A stretch of DNA of 51,277 nt, the filler included, from Porpidia crustulata (taxonomy: Eukaryota): the NCBI GenBank assembly GCA_964255105.1. It is 3 parts of 3 records of this genome, joined end to end, with 100 filler letters (N's around TTAATTAATTAA, not from the genome) between each part and the next. Parts side by side here need not be neighbours in the genome. Positions count along the whole stretch, not along the records: positions 34,270 to 51,277 come from CAXUWE010000236.1; 2 more parts are not named here. One strand, 5' to 3'. Below the pieces are notes generated by a model. It was not told the DNA's origin and did no database searches. It worked only from the letters and a program-made list of their open reading frames with translations. Each line of letters begins with the position of its first letter. The first letter of the stretch is position 1. A program made the translations under genes and the position numbers. This document shows positions 37,079 to 49,700 of the stretch, piece by piece.

Positions 37079-39273
37079 TCAGAGGTCATCCTCAAGAAAT
37101 TTGTAAGCAAACTTGAAGTCTGCTTTTCTGCGATTCATCCTGCGTATTTAAGGGATTAGAAATGGTTCGTTCCACTGTGAAACCTGCTCCTGAGATCGAG
37201 CCATTGCGGGAAGATCTCATACCATGTGCTCTCATAGTCGAAAAACCGATACGTTCCCTGCTCATACTCCTCTGTTATCGTTTTAGGTTCTTCATGGCGT
37301 TGAAACCACGTTTGATACTGTTTGTGAAAACGCCAGCTTTGGCTCTTGAGTGATTTTGCGGCCATATACTGCTGGTAGGTATTCTGACGATAGTAGAAGA
37401 TATAGAACAGTGTATCGGTGTCGATTTTACTATATAGACTCGGATCGTCTATTGTCATGAATGGTTCTTGTGGGTAGTAGCGTGGAGTGTCGTACTTAGT
37501 TTGCGGCCTATAATGTCGGGGTTTCTCGGCATCTAAGTAATCAGGGCAAGTAGCATGGGATGCACTTAGGAGTCGTTGGACAGATGGTGAAGGCGTCAAT
37601 GGTGCACGGCTTTTCGTTGCTTCGAAAGACTGCATCAGATCTTGAAGCCCTGGAGGTAAATGAAAGACCGACTCGTCTTCTTCAGACTCCGTTTGCAGAG
37701 TGCCATTCGGTTGTTCCAACGGAGATTTCTCAGGGGGAGCAGTTTCTCCCCGAGCTTTTTCTGCCTCGGGTACTGTCGCCTCTTTCGTCGGAGGCGGAGC
37801 GAGTGCGGGCACGCTCGAGCTTGAAGCTACTGGTACGTGTTCTGTAACCTTAGGTGAAGGTGGATCATCCCGAGTGACGCTGGTAGCTATTGTGGTACTT
37901 ATTTGGCTAGGTGGAGGAGATTTGGAGGGAGATTGATGAGTTGCTAGGACATCTGAGCTGCCTACTACGGGTACTGCAGCTTTTTGAGCAGGAGTATGAC
38001 CGACACTCGTAGGTAGTGATGGCGCAACGCTAGGTGATGTTGCAGTACTGCTTTTTGGACCGGGCGCTGGAGGAAGAGCAGATGGCCCAGTATGTGCACC
38101 TGGGGCTGACAATGCTGGTACACCTGGTGGTGGCGGTAGTGGCGCTATGCCGCCAACGCCTTTATCGCTGGCAGCTGCCGCCGCCGCGGCCGATGCATAC
38201 TTCAAGGTCTCCCCAGGTGCTCGGGTTGGCAAAGGCGCTGGCTTCATGTTAGTATTCGAGTTGCCGTTAGCGGCGCTGGCTAGAGGAGTGTGTAAAGTCG
38301 CAAGAGCGGGCAGTGGCGATTTAAGTTGATTTGATGGTCTCCTAGTAGCTGATGCTTGGGGCTCTGATATTGATGCGGACTTGGGTTTGCTGGGACCTGC
38401 ACTGGAACCTCGACCGTCTGCTGTCTCCGGCATATCATCCTGGATGGATTGTGTGTCTTGGGACGAGACTCTGTCATTGTCATAGTTCATCCCAAAAGCT
38501 CCCTCGTCTTCCTCTAAGTTCAAGTCATCATAAATCGTATCGTCTTCCATAAATTCGACCGACTGGTTCTCCTCCACGTAGTATTTGATACTCTCTTCTA
38601 GGTCGTGAACCTGATCCGTGTCGACGTTTCCTTTTATCAGTGATCGCAAAAGCGTTTCTAGCTTCCCTTGATGCCACTTATGCCGCTCCATGAGTCTACC
38701 TATCTCAGCCAGGCGATCTGCCTTCCCAGTATCCTTTTTCCCCTTCTTCACCGTAGCCTGTAGAGCTTCTTCCTCTGCCTCCAGTGTCTCTATTTGCCGT
38801 TCCAGCTCTTCCACCATATTTGACAAGAACTGACAGACTTCTGATTTTTCCTTTTCCTTCGGATCTAGCTTCGGGTTGGCTGACAGCCCTCCATTGGAGA
38901 ACGCCTTCGTCTTCATCTCTTTCTCGACCGCTTTGAATTTTTCCATTTGCTACGTCGACGTCTAGCGTCAGCATTTGAGTATCCCTTGATTGATGCAACT
39001 TTCCCGAGCCACACCTACGTTCTCAATGGACTTCCGCTGTTCCATGAGCGGCTTCTTGTCCTTTATCTCATTACCCGCTGCCCATGTCTTTATCTGGTCT
39101 CGTTGCCTCTGGAGCTTCTTAATCTCCCGCTTGAGAGCATCCTCAAGCTTTTCCTTTTGTGATGCATTCGTGGTCTGTTGGATCTTATCGAATATGCTTT
39201 CAAAGGCTTGTATACCCTCGGCAACCTTCTTAAAGGTTTTGTCGACCTCCTGCTGTAATTTCCGTTGAGCCAT
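37079..39273 (-). CDS. NOT3: CCR4-NOT complex subunit Not3/Not5
   Basis: N-terminal [17 protein letters not shown]...[18 protein letters not shown] and [18 protein letters not shown] box DTLFYIFYY...[18 protein letters not shown]. Last exon [20 protein letters not shown]. Confidence 0.96.
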
Positions 39274-39925
39274 GGTACAGTAGCTTTTGCTGATGATGAA
39301 TGAGATGGTAGTGAGGATAGGAATGAGGCTGCCGTCTTTGAGGAGTTGGAGGGGCAGTAAGCTGTATGACACCGTCGGATGAGCGTCCTATCTGGATGGC
39401 ACTTTGATCGGGGGGCCGATGATTCTGCTTGCAGGGTATGCATGAAACGGCTGATGTGAGTGTTGATGGCGCGGCCAAGAGAAGTTACTACGACCTCATA
39501 GTTGTTGCGCTTTGGAGGTGTTCGCGATGCCAAGCCTTAGAGTATCAATGTGACGAAGCGCGTAAGGACCCCTGTCGCTCGCTCGCCAATTTCGCGCTTT
39601 ACCAAGGTGCCAAGGCTTGAACTTTCATCTTCAATCTGGTGGAGTCTTCAGTAGCAGCAGTTGACCCCGACTCGGCTTCGTAGCCTTCGCTATTTGATCA
39701 TGAGTCGAGGTTTTGGAAAGATGGATGAATTGGCTCTGCCATGATCAATGACAATTTCTCATCTGAAGCCGTCACATCACATATTATCCTTCAGCATATC
39801 AAGTGACCGGAGTGTTTCTTGTTTGTTGATATCTTAGAAATACTATCTACTTTCTATTTTAACCCTATTTTTTCTTAGGAAATCTGATCGAACTTCCGCT
39901 TGCACTCATATTCCTAGGTCAAATC

Positions 39926-40767
39926 ATGAAAGGTCCACTATTATTTCTACCTTCGTCTTCTAAACATCTGACTCTGAACAGCCATACTTCAACGCGTTGT
40001 ATCCGCATCTGTCACTGTTGACAGCCATTTAATATCACAGATTGGGAAGGGAGTCCTAGTGTTTGCTGCTGTCGCTCCCGACGACACCACTAAAGAGGTG
40101 GAATCAATGGCGGCAAAAGTCTTAAAACTCAAGATGTGGCCGGATGAAGCTGGCGGAACAGTGCGATAACGCTCTTTGCCGAGTAGTCTACAATACTAAC
40201 CTAACAGGATGAAGTGGAAGCATAGTGTACAAGACATAAAAGGAGAAGTACTATGTGGTGAGTTGACCAATAGTCATGGGGAAATCGGGTTCTGAATGGT
40301 AGGAACAGTCTCCCAATTCACATTGTTAGCTTCGACCAAGAAAGGGTCGAAGCCGGACTTTCATGGAGCAGCAGGCGGTGAAAAAGCTCGGGAGCTGTAT
40401 GACCGGTTCTTCGATAAGGTACAAGAACTCTACGAGCCGGAAAGAGTCAAGAATGGGGTGTTCCAGGCGATGATGGAAGGCAAGTTTTAATTTTCGACGT
40501 TAATCCAGATCTATACTAACGTCAATAGTTGAATTACGAAATGACGGACCAGTGAGTGTAGATTACCGTAGCCACGGTGCCGAAGTACTGGACTGATTTA
40601 TTACTCGTGGGCGTATCCTTGGCCATTACTGATTTGATTTCGTATAGGTTACTTTAGAGATACAAACGAATCCGCCGAAGAGGCAAGAAATGACCAGTAA
40701 CGCTCAATCAAAAGAAAGCAGTGGAAACAGTGAGCAATTTGAAATGCCACCAGAGCTATTAGAATGA
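39926..40767 (+). CDS. DTD1: D-aminoacyl-tRNA deacylase
   Basis: MK|AILQRVVSASVTVD, VSQFTL, KKGSKPDFH, GVFQAMMEV and NDGP|VTL (Gly-cisPro motif). Five short introns, one of them GC-AG. Confidence 0.95.
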
Positions 40768-41112
40768 ACACCAGTTATATCGCGCCTCATTCCGTGTGCC
40801 TAGCATGGGTCGTTCTGGGCTTCATTATATAGTTTCAGACAACAATCTATATCTAAGATCAATCTAAAATGTGAAAATCTCTGTTTGTAGGAGACGTGAA
40901 ATCTATAGTCTACCGCAATGCAGGTCGGGTGAAGGACAGTTTGTATATACCACTAGCCCAAAGTAGTAATATTCTAGGGCTTTCGATGCTCTTGAGGCTA
41001 CAAGCGCTCCAAACCTCAAGACTTCAGATCGTTTGCTAATATTCAACCCAATAATGCTTTGATATCAGAGCTGATATTACGGAATTTTCACTTGGTATTC
41101 TCGGCCCACGCC

Positions 41113-42508
41113 ATGGCCTCTGAAAGTAAAGGTGAGGACCATGTTCGTGAAAAATGAGGTTTCCCGCATACTAACACCGTACCAGCTCGCAGCCGAGTAT
41201 TTCTTGAAATACAGGTCAGCTCTTCAAGCTTTTATTCACAGAGAGATATTGATATGTGCAGATTGGAAAGAAAAAGGAAGGACGGGTGACTTTCCAGCTA
41301 GTAAGCCAAGCCGCTTAAAATCTCAACTTCTTACTGCAAAATCATACAATTTGTACTAATCAATGCTAGTATGATGATGGTGAGCAAAAGATACCGGCAA
41401 ATGACTTTGTCGCAAGAAAGACCTAAACACCCGCAGTGGTTCCAGAGACCGCAGAGAATTTTCGTGCTCTGTGTACAGGCGAGAAAGGCATTGGCAAGAC
41501 CGGCAAACCGCTAAGCTTCAAAGGTTGGCCAAATTTGCATCACGCCTTAAGCAGATACAGTCTCGTCTTCTGACACTCCCAGGGTCTGGTTTTCATCGCG
41601 TTATCAAAGGGTTTATGATTCAAGGTGGAGACTTTACTGCTGGCAATGGCACGGGTGGAGAGTCAATCTACGGCGAGAAATTTGACGATGAGAATTTCAA
41701 AATGAAGCATGAAAAGCCCTTTCTACTTTCTATGGCCAACTCTGGGCCTGGAACCAACGGCTCACAGTTTTTCGTTACCACCGTTCCGACGCCACATCTC
41801 GACGATAAGCATGTGGTGTTTGGCGAAGTGCTCACGGGAAAGAGTATCATCCGTAAAATCGAAAATCTCCCGACGCAGAGCGACAAACCACAGTCCGATG
41901 TCACAATTATTGACTGCGGTGAGCTACCGAGCGACGCCGAGATTTCAGAAAGCAAGACCGCGGACAGCACCGGCGACCCTTATGAAGATTTCCCCGAAGA
42001 CCAAGGCAGCGATCTCAAAGGGCCGAACATCGTCAAAATAGCCAGCGACCTGAAAAATTTCGGCAACAAAGCTTTCAAATCCGGCGATCTCGACCTCGCT
42101 CTGGACAAGTACCAAAAAGGCCTCCGCTACCTGAACGAATACCCCGAAGTCACCGACGACGACCCCCCCGAACTCAGCAAAGAGCTAACCTCGATCCGTT
42201 TTTCGCTGCACTCAAACTCCGCCCTGCTCCAGATCAAACTCAAGCAATTCGAAGCGGCCCGGAAGAGCGCCGGCAACGCCCTGGAGCTGTCGCGGATCCC
42301 GGACGCGGATCGGGCCAAAGCGTATTACCGGCAGGGGTTGGCGAACGTGGGGCTCAAGTACGACGAGGCTGCGACTAAGTATTGCGAGAAGGCGTGGGGG
42401 GTGGCGCCGGGGGACGCGGCGATCACGAAGGAGTTGGGGATCGTAAAGAAGAAGGCGGCGGAGCTGGCGAAGAAGGAGAAGGCGGCGTACAAAAAGTTCT
42501 TTGATTAG
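41113..42508 (+). CDS. CPR6: Cyclophilin-40 type peptidyl-prolyl isomerase with C-terminal TPRs
   Basis: [32 protein letters not shown] and [21 protein letters not shown] region KNFGNKAFK...KAYYRQG. Five 5' introns, including a 10-nt microexon. Confidence 0.95.
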
Positions 42509-42956
42509 AATCCTCGAAGCCTGGCATTTAATTCGGACGTGACTGAATGGACAAAGGTAGAGATGAAGCGATGAATAGATGATTTTTCTTGAGCCCTGAA
42601 TGCGACTTTACAGGTTTTGCGATGTCAGCCTGTATTCGCTGTATATATGTACATCTTCAGCACGCTTGGACGTCGCCAATACATGCTACAATGGTACAGT
42701 TGGAGAAACACCCTTGAGATGCAGATAGTTACACAACTCACGGCGCCTTCGCTCATAATGCACAGGTGCTGTCTACTCCTGCCGGATCGAACCTCGCTCC
42801 CCCACCTGGTCAGATCCTGGCCATCTCTACCGTTCGAGCGTTTAGCCTCATTGTACATACTCCTTTTGAGTCATATCGAACATGCTGAAGCGAATTGAGC
42901 CAGAGTGAGTGTCTCAATGCTAGATGATTAGAGGTCGAATAATTATCCCTGACCCC

Positions 42957-43595
42957 TTACTCATCCCTCCCCCAAAGCTCTCTCCTCCTCGCCCGATCCT
43001 CCCTCGCATGTCTCCTCCGTCTCCCCCACCTGCTCTTGATATCCTCCAATACCTGCTTCTGCTGCTCCAGTCGCTCCTTGCTTGCCTCGCAGATCAGCCC
43101 CACGAAGAATTGGCTGCAATCGTACTTCTCCGCCAGTTTCTTCCGCGTCCAGGTGAACGGATCCTCGCCCCTCAGCTTCCGTATCTCCTCGATCTCTCTC
43201 TCGCCCAGGTGATATTTCTTCTCATAGGGTTTGCGGACGGGGGTTGGTAACCGCCGGTTTGGTTGCTCGAAGGGGTTCGGTTGCTCGTAGGGGTTTGCGT
43301 GGGAGTGGGATTGAGCGAGGAGTTTGCGGCGAGGGTCGTGCGGTGGTAGGAAGGCGGCGGGGGTATGATAGACCGATGGGGCGGACGAGGGAGGGTTGAA
43401 GACGATGTGGTCTGAAGTGTGGGAAGGGGGGATGGAGGATGTGAAGGAAGGGTCGGGTTTGTTCCGAAGTCGTTTGGTGGTGCGGCGCGCTGAGGATTCA
43501 TGCCTTCGAGTGACTTGCGATATCGAGCTCAGCAGTGAGGGGAGGAGGAACGGTAGAGTACTAGCAAGGGGTCGTCGAGGGACAATGATATTCAT
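42957..43595 (-). CDS. MRPL20: Mitochondrial large ribosomal subunit protein mL58 (MRP-L20 family)
   Basis: Basic presequence; RRHESSARRTTKRL, FNPPSSAPSVYHTP and KKYHL...IRKLRGEDPFTWTRKKLAEKYDCS. The start is at 43595 or 43670. Confidence 0.85.
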   Translation of the reverse strand: MNIIVPRRPLASTLPFLLPSLLSSISQVTRRHESSARRTTKRLRNKPDPSFTSSIPPSHTSDHIVFNPPSSAPSVYHTPAAFLPPHDPRRKLLAQSHSHANPYEQPNPFEQPNRRLPTPVRKPYEKKYHLGEREIEEIRKLRGEDPFTWTRKKLAEKYDCSQFFVGLICEASKERLEQQKQVLEDIKSRWGRRRRHAREDRARRRELWGRDE

Positions 43596-44270
43596 ATCGT
43601 TGCCCAATCTTGTACGGATGGCCTCGATTAATCTAACTCGCGGAAAAAGATTCAAAGCTTGAGCCAGCATGCCAAGACGCCAGGTCCTGTCATGAAGGGT
43701 TTGGATGGGCTCAGGAGGTATTTATAGTAGGACGACAGGACGCTTTTCTCACTAGTCACTAGCGAGGTCCGTATCCCTGCCCACAAGCGTCATTGTTCCA
43801 CAGACCCTTGATCCCTTGGCTTTGGCTCACGTATCAGGTGAGTGAGACGTGGCCCTCATCCAATATCCGTCCAATCTTCAACCTGTTGCATATGCTTTTT
43901 TGAGCATATTTCAGCCCCCATTCGGATATTACAGACTGCGCTATAACTTTGCGTTATCGTGGTCCGCGCGTGACTATGCTTCCAAGTTGATATACTTGTA
44001 TATCCGCTACTGCCAACGAGATATACTCAAAGACGGTAGAACTTCCATAGGGGGTGAGCCATTGCCTGCCATTTCGTATCTCTCCTTGGTATTTGACTTT
44101 CTATTGATCACGATCTCTTGCTGTCTACCGTACTGCCTCGTAGCATTGCTCCTTCTGTCCTACAAACGCCGAGCGGAGTCGGTGCTGGCTCTTTGCTTAC
44201 AAGTACTTAGATCCTATCACATTATACGGTAGAGTCAGGATACCAGATTTACGAAGAGGACAGCGGCACA

Positions 44271-45443
44271 ATGGCAGAGAGACAAAGTGAACTTATAAAG
44301 GACGCTGGAGATGAGCCTGGCTCGCGTATTTCCTCTGTCCCTTTGCTTGGGGAAGGCTTCCAGGAAACCCCTAATCTGGCATCAAGTCAACCTATCAAGC
44401 AGGACAGCGAGCAGCTTCATAATGAGAGCACGCAACTGGATTCGAAGACGAGCAAGCGTAGGTTCTGGGGTTTGGGAAAGAAAAAGGAGGACGAGAAGCT
44501 GAAGCAGAAACGAGAAGCAGCTTTGGCGAGCACATTACCTACTGTCCCAGCCACCGCCAATAGTATAAGACCGGCGTCGCCCATGCGCTCCCCAAAAATG
44601 GCTAATATTGTCTCATCCGACCCTACCTCGCATCCATACGGCTCCCCATCTTCCCCAGGACGCAAAATATCCTCCTCACCCCACATACCCTCGCCAGCCT
44701 CATCGCAGATTTTCGAACGTAATGTGCAAGAAGACGGACTGTTCACTTCTGCTTCGCCTGCAATTCCAGCTCATATTACCACAGAGAACCATATTCCTCC
44801 GGTTTTGGATTCTGCCTCGGCGGCTATCACAGATGACCACTTAAACCCGGATAACGTGGAAATTGTCATGCACTCAGCACATCAGCCAGCTGCAGTAACA
44901 GTGACTGGTACAGGCACAAGCGAGGCCGCAGGTACCTCTTGGCAAGATGATCTTATAGATCATCCAGACAAAGACGACGCAGCATCGAACTACGGCGCTT
45001 TAGATGCCAATGACGTTCGCAGACTCAGTTTCATTTCTTTCGCCGATGTTATGCATGCTGAACACGCGGAAGGCTGCACAGGGGGTCGAGACCGAGACTC
45101 GGTTCATGTACCAAGCGCTCCCAGTATCGGCGCTCCTACAGCCTCATTCAGACGTTCGCCCTCTCCCGTACGCTCACCAGTGTCCTCTCATGGTCTAGGT
45201 GGATCCCCAGTAATGAGTGGATCGGTCTCTTCCAAGGGGCTAGAGACTTCCCCGAACCGTGGCGCTCGAGGTCCGGGAAGTCCATTCTCGGGTCATAGTC
45301 CTCCGACAGGCGGCGAATTGACCATCGAGACTATGAGACAAGCGTTAAGAAAAACAGGCAGCGGAGATTTGAGTGGAGCTAGAAGCCAGCCGATAAGTGC
45401 AGTTGGTGGGGATGAAGGCATGGCCGATCATTCGTTCAAATAG
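44271..45443 (+). CDS. Conserved fungal hypothetical protein (Ser/Pro-rich)
   Basis: Single-exon 390-aa ORF with motif-like islands SQIFERNVQE, ENHIPPVLD, RRLSFISFADV and ETMRQALRKT. Confidence 0.8.
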   Translation: MAERQSELIKDAGDEPGSRISSVPLLGEGFQETPNLASSQPIKQDSEQLHNESTQLDSKTSKRRFWGLGKKKEDEKLKQKREAALASTLPTVPATANSIRPASPMRSPKMANIVSSDPTSHPYGSPSSPGRKISSSPHIPSPASSQIFERNVQEDGLFTSASPAIPAHITTENHIPPVLDSASAAITDDHLNPDNVEIVMHSAHQPAAVTVTGTGTSEAAGTSWQDDLIDHPDKDDAASNYGALDANDVRRLSFISFADVMHAEHAEGCTGGRDRDSVHVPSAPSIGAPTASFRRSPSPVRSPVSSHGLGGSPVMSGSVSSKGLETSPNRGARGPGSPFSGHSPPTGGELTIETMRQALRKTGSGDLSGARSQPISAVGGDEGMADHSFK

Positions 45444-46717
45444 GTATCCAATGTTCTCACGAAGGGATGCCGTGTTCGGGGAGAATTTTTGGTTATTATT
45501 AGATATTTTGATGGCCTGTGCGAGCTTTGACTTGAATTGGCTTTATTTCTTTACCATATCCCCGCTATGCCTACGGGGCCGGTTGCCTCGCATCACATAA
45601 ATATATCTTGTTAGTAATAACGGCTGCACTACGATAGCACATCCGGCAGATGGTGTGCAGAACCGCAGAAGAATGCGTTTGTTCGTTGAAGCGTGGCGCC
45701 AATATCAATAGCAGGAGTTTGGCCAGGCTGAAACCATGCAAGTAAGCAGCGCAGGTAGGTAATAACTCCGGTTACAGGTCTCTGCACAGACGGTAGTATG
45801 TAATTGAAAGTACTATTGATTCCAATTGGCGAGTCGTACGGATGAAGATAGCACAGTGCAGATTTCGTAGTCCTGGAACAGGTACTCAGTACCTGTCAAC
45901 TCAACGTCAAGCAAACAGTACTCTAGTCCGTGTATCCGGATGGTTGTACACGTTGCAAAACACCAACAAAGAGGCGGTGGAATGATTGATTCACAATGAA
46001 TGTTTCAGGAATTAGAACTTCGAATCAGGGCAAGAAAAGAATCTTCCAAGCGAAAGGAGATCCGAGGTTTCGAAAGTCGTCGGTCCGCTGCTGCCTTTCG
46101 CGTTCGTTCCGTCCGCCAATGGATTACCTTGCCTAATCGACTAAGTAGAATAGAGTACAGGGAAAGACATCCAAATAGATACCTTCTAATTAACATCCTG
46201 CCTTGCGACTCGGATTGAAGAGAGACAATGTGCCCTGATCTTCAGCTCCCAATTCAATGCAGATTGCTTCTCCCCACTCTGTTATGAGTAGAGTAACGTC
46301 TATCCCAACAATTACAATGCGCCGTGGCTTCGTACTACCGTGACAGCTTCCTTTACTGGTAAGCTAATCTTACGTACAGGTACACATTATCCCATCAGGT
46401 TTTTTTTCAAGCTTCCATGCAGCCGACTAACTGTTGCCGGCAACTTTGGGCTGCACCAGTAGCACCAGTAAAACCGTCCAATCCCCAAGGTGTCACAGCC
46501 TCTCGTTGGGTTGCATATACCCAGGAGCCTCTGCGCTCAACAGCTCAGCATCCTTCCCCTTTCTCCACCCCTGTCGTGGCAATTCTCTGGGATATGCAAA
46601 AGTAATTGGCTTGATCATCATACCGAGAGGTCTTCATGAGACTCCGCAGGCATTCAAACAGCAAGTCTATAAGACAAGCGCACAGAACCTGGGCACGGAG
46701 GAGGACAGGGCCGAGTG

Positions 46718-49700
46718 ATGGACAAGAACGCACTAGATGCCCGTTTAGAGAGCAGGCGACGGAATGGGCACAAGCGTCACTCTGGAGTATATGGGAGCAG
46801 TAGCCATTCTGGGCAGCCAAGGACAGGTATTAAGGCATCTTCGGCGGACAGAAATGGCCAGGTATTTGCCGACAACATCTCTCAAAGCATTCGGGCTGTC
46901 ACTCCGGACCCTCCACTTGGAGCCGACATTCCCAGGCCTGCATCTGCTTTAGATGCTTGGACAAGTCACAGAAGCACGTCACCACGCCGCGCTGTGCGCC
47001 GTAACCTGCGTCAAACATCCGGACATTCGACTCCTCGATCTGGAGAGATCACCCCAAGCTCCAACTCTGGAGTACAGGCCCCCTCAACTGCAGACGCGAA
47101 AGTGCTTCATCATCGGCCAAGGATTAGGACCTTGGAGGAGCGAGTTCGGGATAAGTCCCCCTCCTCGCTCTTGAAGAACCGACATCGCGTAGGCTCGCTA
47201 CAAGCAATTACTACCAAAGACTTCGTGGAAGACACGTCGTCCATAGGTTTCCCGTCAATTATACCGTCGCCGCCGCTAGAATCAGACTCGCAATCGGGTC
47301 GACGCCGACTTGCCAAACCACCACCTAGGGCTTTATCCACCGTGAAGCCCCCATCCGCGTCAAAACGGAATCTACCACAAGCTTCTCCCGTAACAGATGC
47401 GTCCAAAATTCTAAACCTCATGAAAACCACCTGTGGCAGGATGCACGGCATCATTTCTTTTCGCTCGTCAAGCACGGGTTTGTGGACCTCAGGGTACTGT
47501 GCTATCAATGTCGGACCTGGTAGCCTGATCTATCAAGCCAAGGGAGATGTATCTCATGCCAAGACGCTGATTTCAGATTTGCGAGGATGCCATGTCCGAA
47601 CACTTTATGACGGAGGTACTCGATCGACATTCCTTGATGTCTCCCCCCGAGGTGCAACAACAGGCATTCACCTACGTCCGCACGTACCAGAGGCTTTCGA
47701 TTCTTGGTTAGCTGCACTGCTCTGTTGGCAGCCTATACGACCTAAAGGCGTACAGAACAAGATGACCAAACCACAAGAACCTATGATCAGCGAACGGAAA
47801 CATGGGGATCGACGACGTAGTTCCGCAATCACATTACCCAAAGATGCGGCTATAATCAAAGTGGGCAAGGTCAAGATGTGGAACGAGTATGCTCGGTCTG
47901 ACAGGATCACACCGTTGAACAGCCGCAGAGCATCTGTGCACAACCTGTCAACGCCGAACCCTTGGCAAAGAGTGTCTTGTACGCTGCAAGAAAACGGGCA
48001 TTTCAAGCTTTTCACAGAATCGGATGTAAAACTATTGACTATAATCCCACTTTCTTCGCTATCCAGGTGTTCCATACAAAGATTAGATCCTTCAGTGCTG
48101 GATGACGAATTCTCTCTCGCGATTTACCCTCAATACACATCATCCTCTAGTTTACTGCCTTCAATCAGCACAGTTTACCTATCTATGGAGTCACGAGTGC
48201 TGTTTGAGGTCTGGTTTGTGCTTTTGAGGGCCTTTACAGTCCCGGATTTGTATGGTCCGGAGCAAGTATCATCAGATCCGCAACTGGGCCATCCCGAGTC
48301 AAGCGATGATACGTCTACCATCTCGATTGCTGATATGTTCAGAGTGGAAAGAATGCTGTCTCTGCGCATAACGGAGGCTAAGCTATTTTCGAATATTGGC
48401 AGGTATTCCGAAGGGTCAGTTCCAGATTATCATCGTAAGAGTTCGGCTAGAAGAGACTCTAACCCAGGCAACTACTATGCTGAGGTCAGGCTGGATGGGG
48501 AGGTTAGAGCTAAGACCGTCGTGAAGTCGGAAACTAGCAACCCGTTCTGGCGAGAGGAATTTGACTTTGCCGACTTACCTCCTGTGCTTTCCAGTGCCTC
48601 TATCCATATAAGAACGCGTAACCCTGGCCAAATAGACTGGACGCTTATACCGGATAGTACTGTAGATGATATACATGAGGATATCAATCCCCTTTCTCTC
48701 AATGGCAATATCGAGATTGCACCATTAGACTTGACATACGGCAAGGTCGACCTCCGGCTGGACGATCTCGAAAGGGCTACGGACACAGATAAGTGGTGGC
48801 CAGTGTCTAATGACGCTGATGAAATTGTAGGCGAGGTGCTTATGAAGGTCCGTATCGAAGAGTTAGTCGTGCTAGCAGGCCAAGACTATGCCCCTTTATC
48901 GGAACTCCTCCATGCGTTTTCGAGTGGTCTAACCAATCAGATTGCCCAAAGGTCTCATACAGAGCTGCGGAGATTGGCAGAAATATTACTCAACATCTTC
49001 CAGGTCTCTGCCCAGGCAAGCGACTGGATCATGTCGCTTGTGGAGGATGAAATTGATAATATTCACAAGGAGTCGCCAGTGTCCAGGTTTCGCTATGGGC
49101 ATCGCATAGCTTCTAACGACTCTTTTGAATCTGGGGTTGAACGAGAAGTACTTGTTCGCGATCTGGGCAAATCAGCAACTGTCGAAGCCAACTTACTTTT
49201 TAGAGGTAATTCGCTCTTGACAAAGGCCCTTGACCTTCACATGCGGCGCTTAGGTAAAGAATACTTAGAAGAAACCTTGCGCGAGCGAATGCGAGACATT
49301 AACGAAAGTGACCCTGAATGCGAGGTCGACCCAAATCGTGTCCACAATCCGGAGGACTTGCAGCGTAATTGGCGAAACCTCATTGCTCTGACTGAGACGG
49401 TGTGGAAAGCAATAGCCGCCTCTGCTTCCCGATGTCCTCCGGATTTGCGCATGATATTCCGCCATATCCGTGCCTGTGCTGAAGATCGTTACGGTGACTT
49501 TCTTCGATCGGTTACCTACAGCAGTGTCTCAGGCTTCCTATTCCTACGCTTCTTTTGCCCGGCAGTTTTGAACCCCAAACTCTTCGATTTGCTTAAAGGT
49601 CGGTTTTTCCGCAACAGCTTAATTTTAGATTTCACGTTGAAAGTACTAATCTGAGTGCAGACCACCCTCGACCTCGCGCTCAAAGAACCCTGACGTTAAT

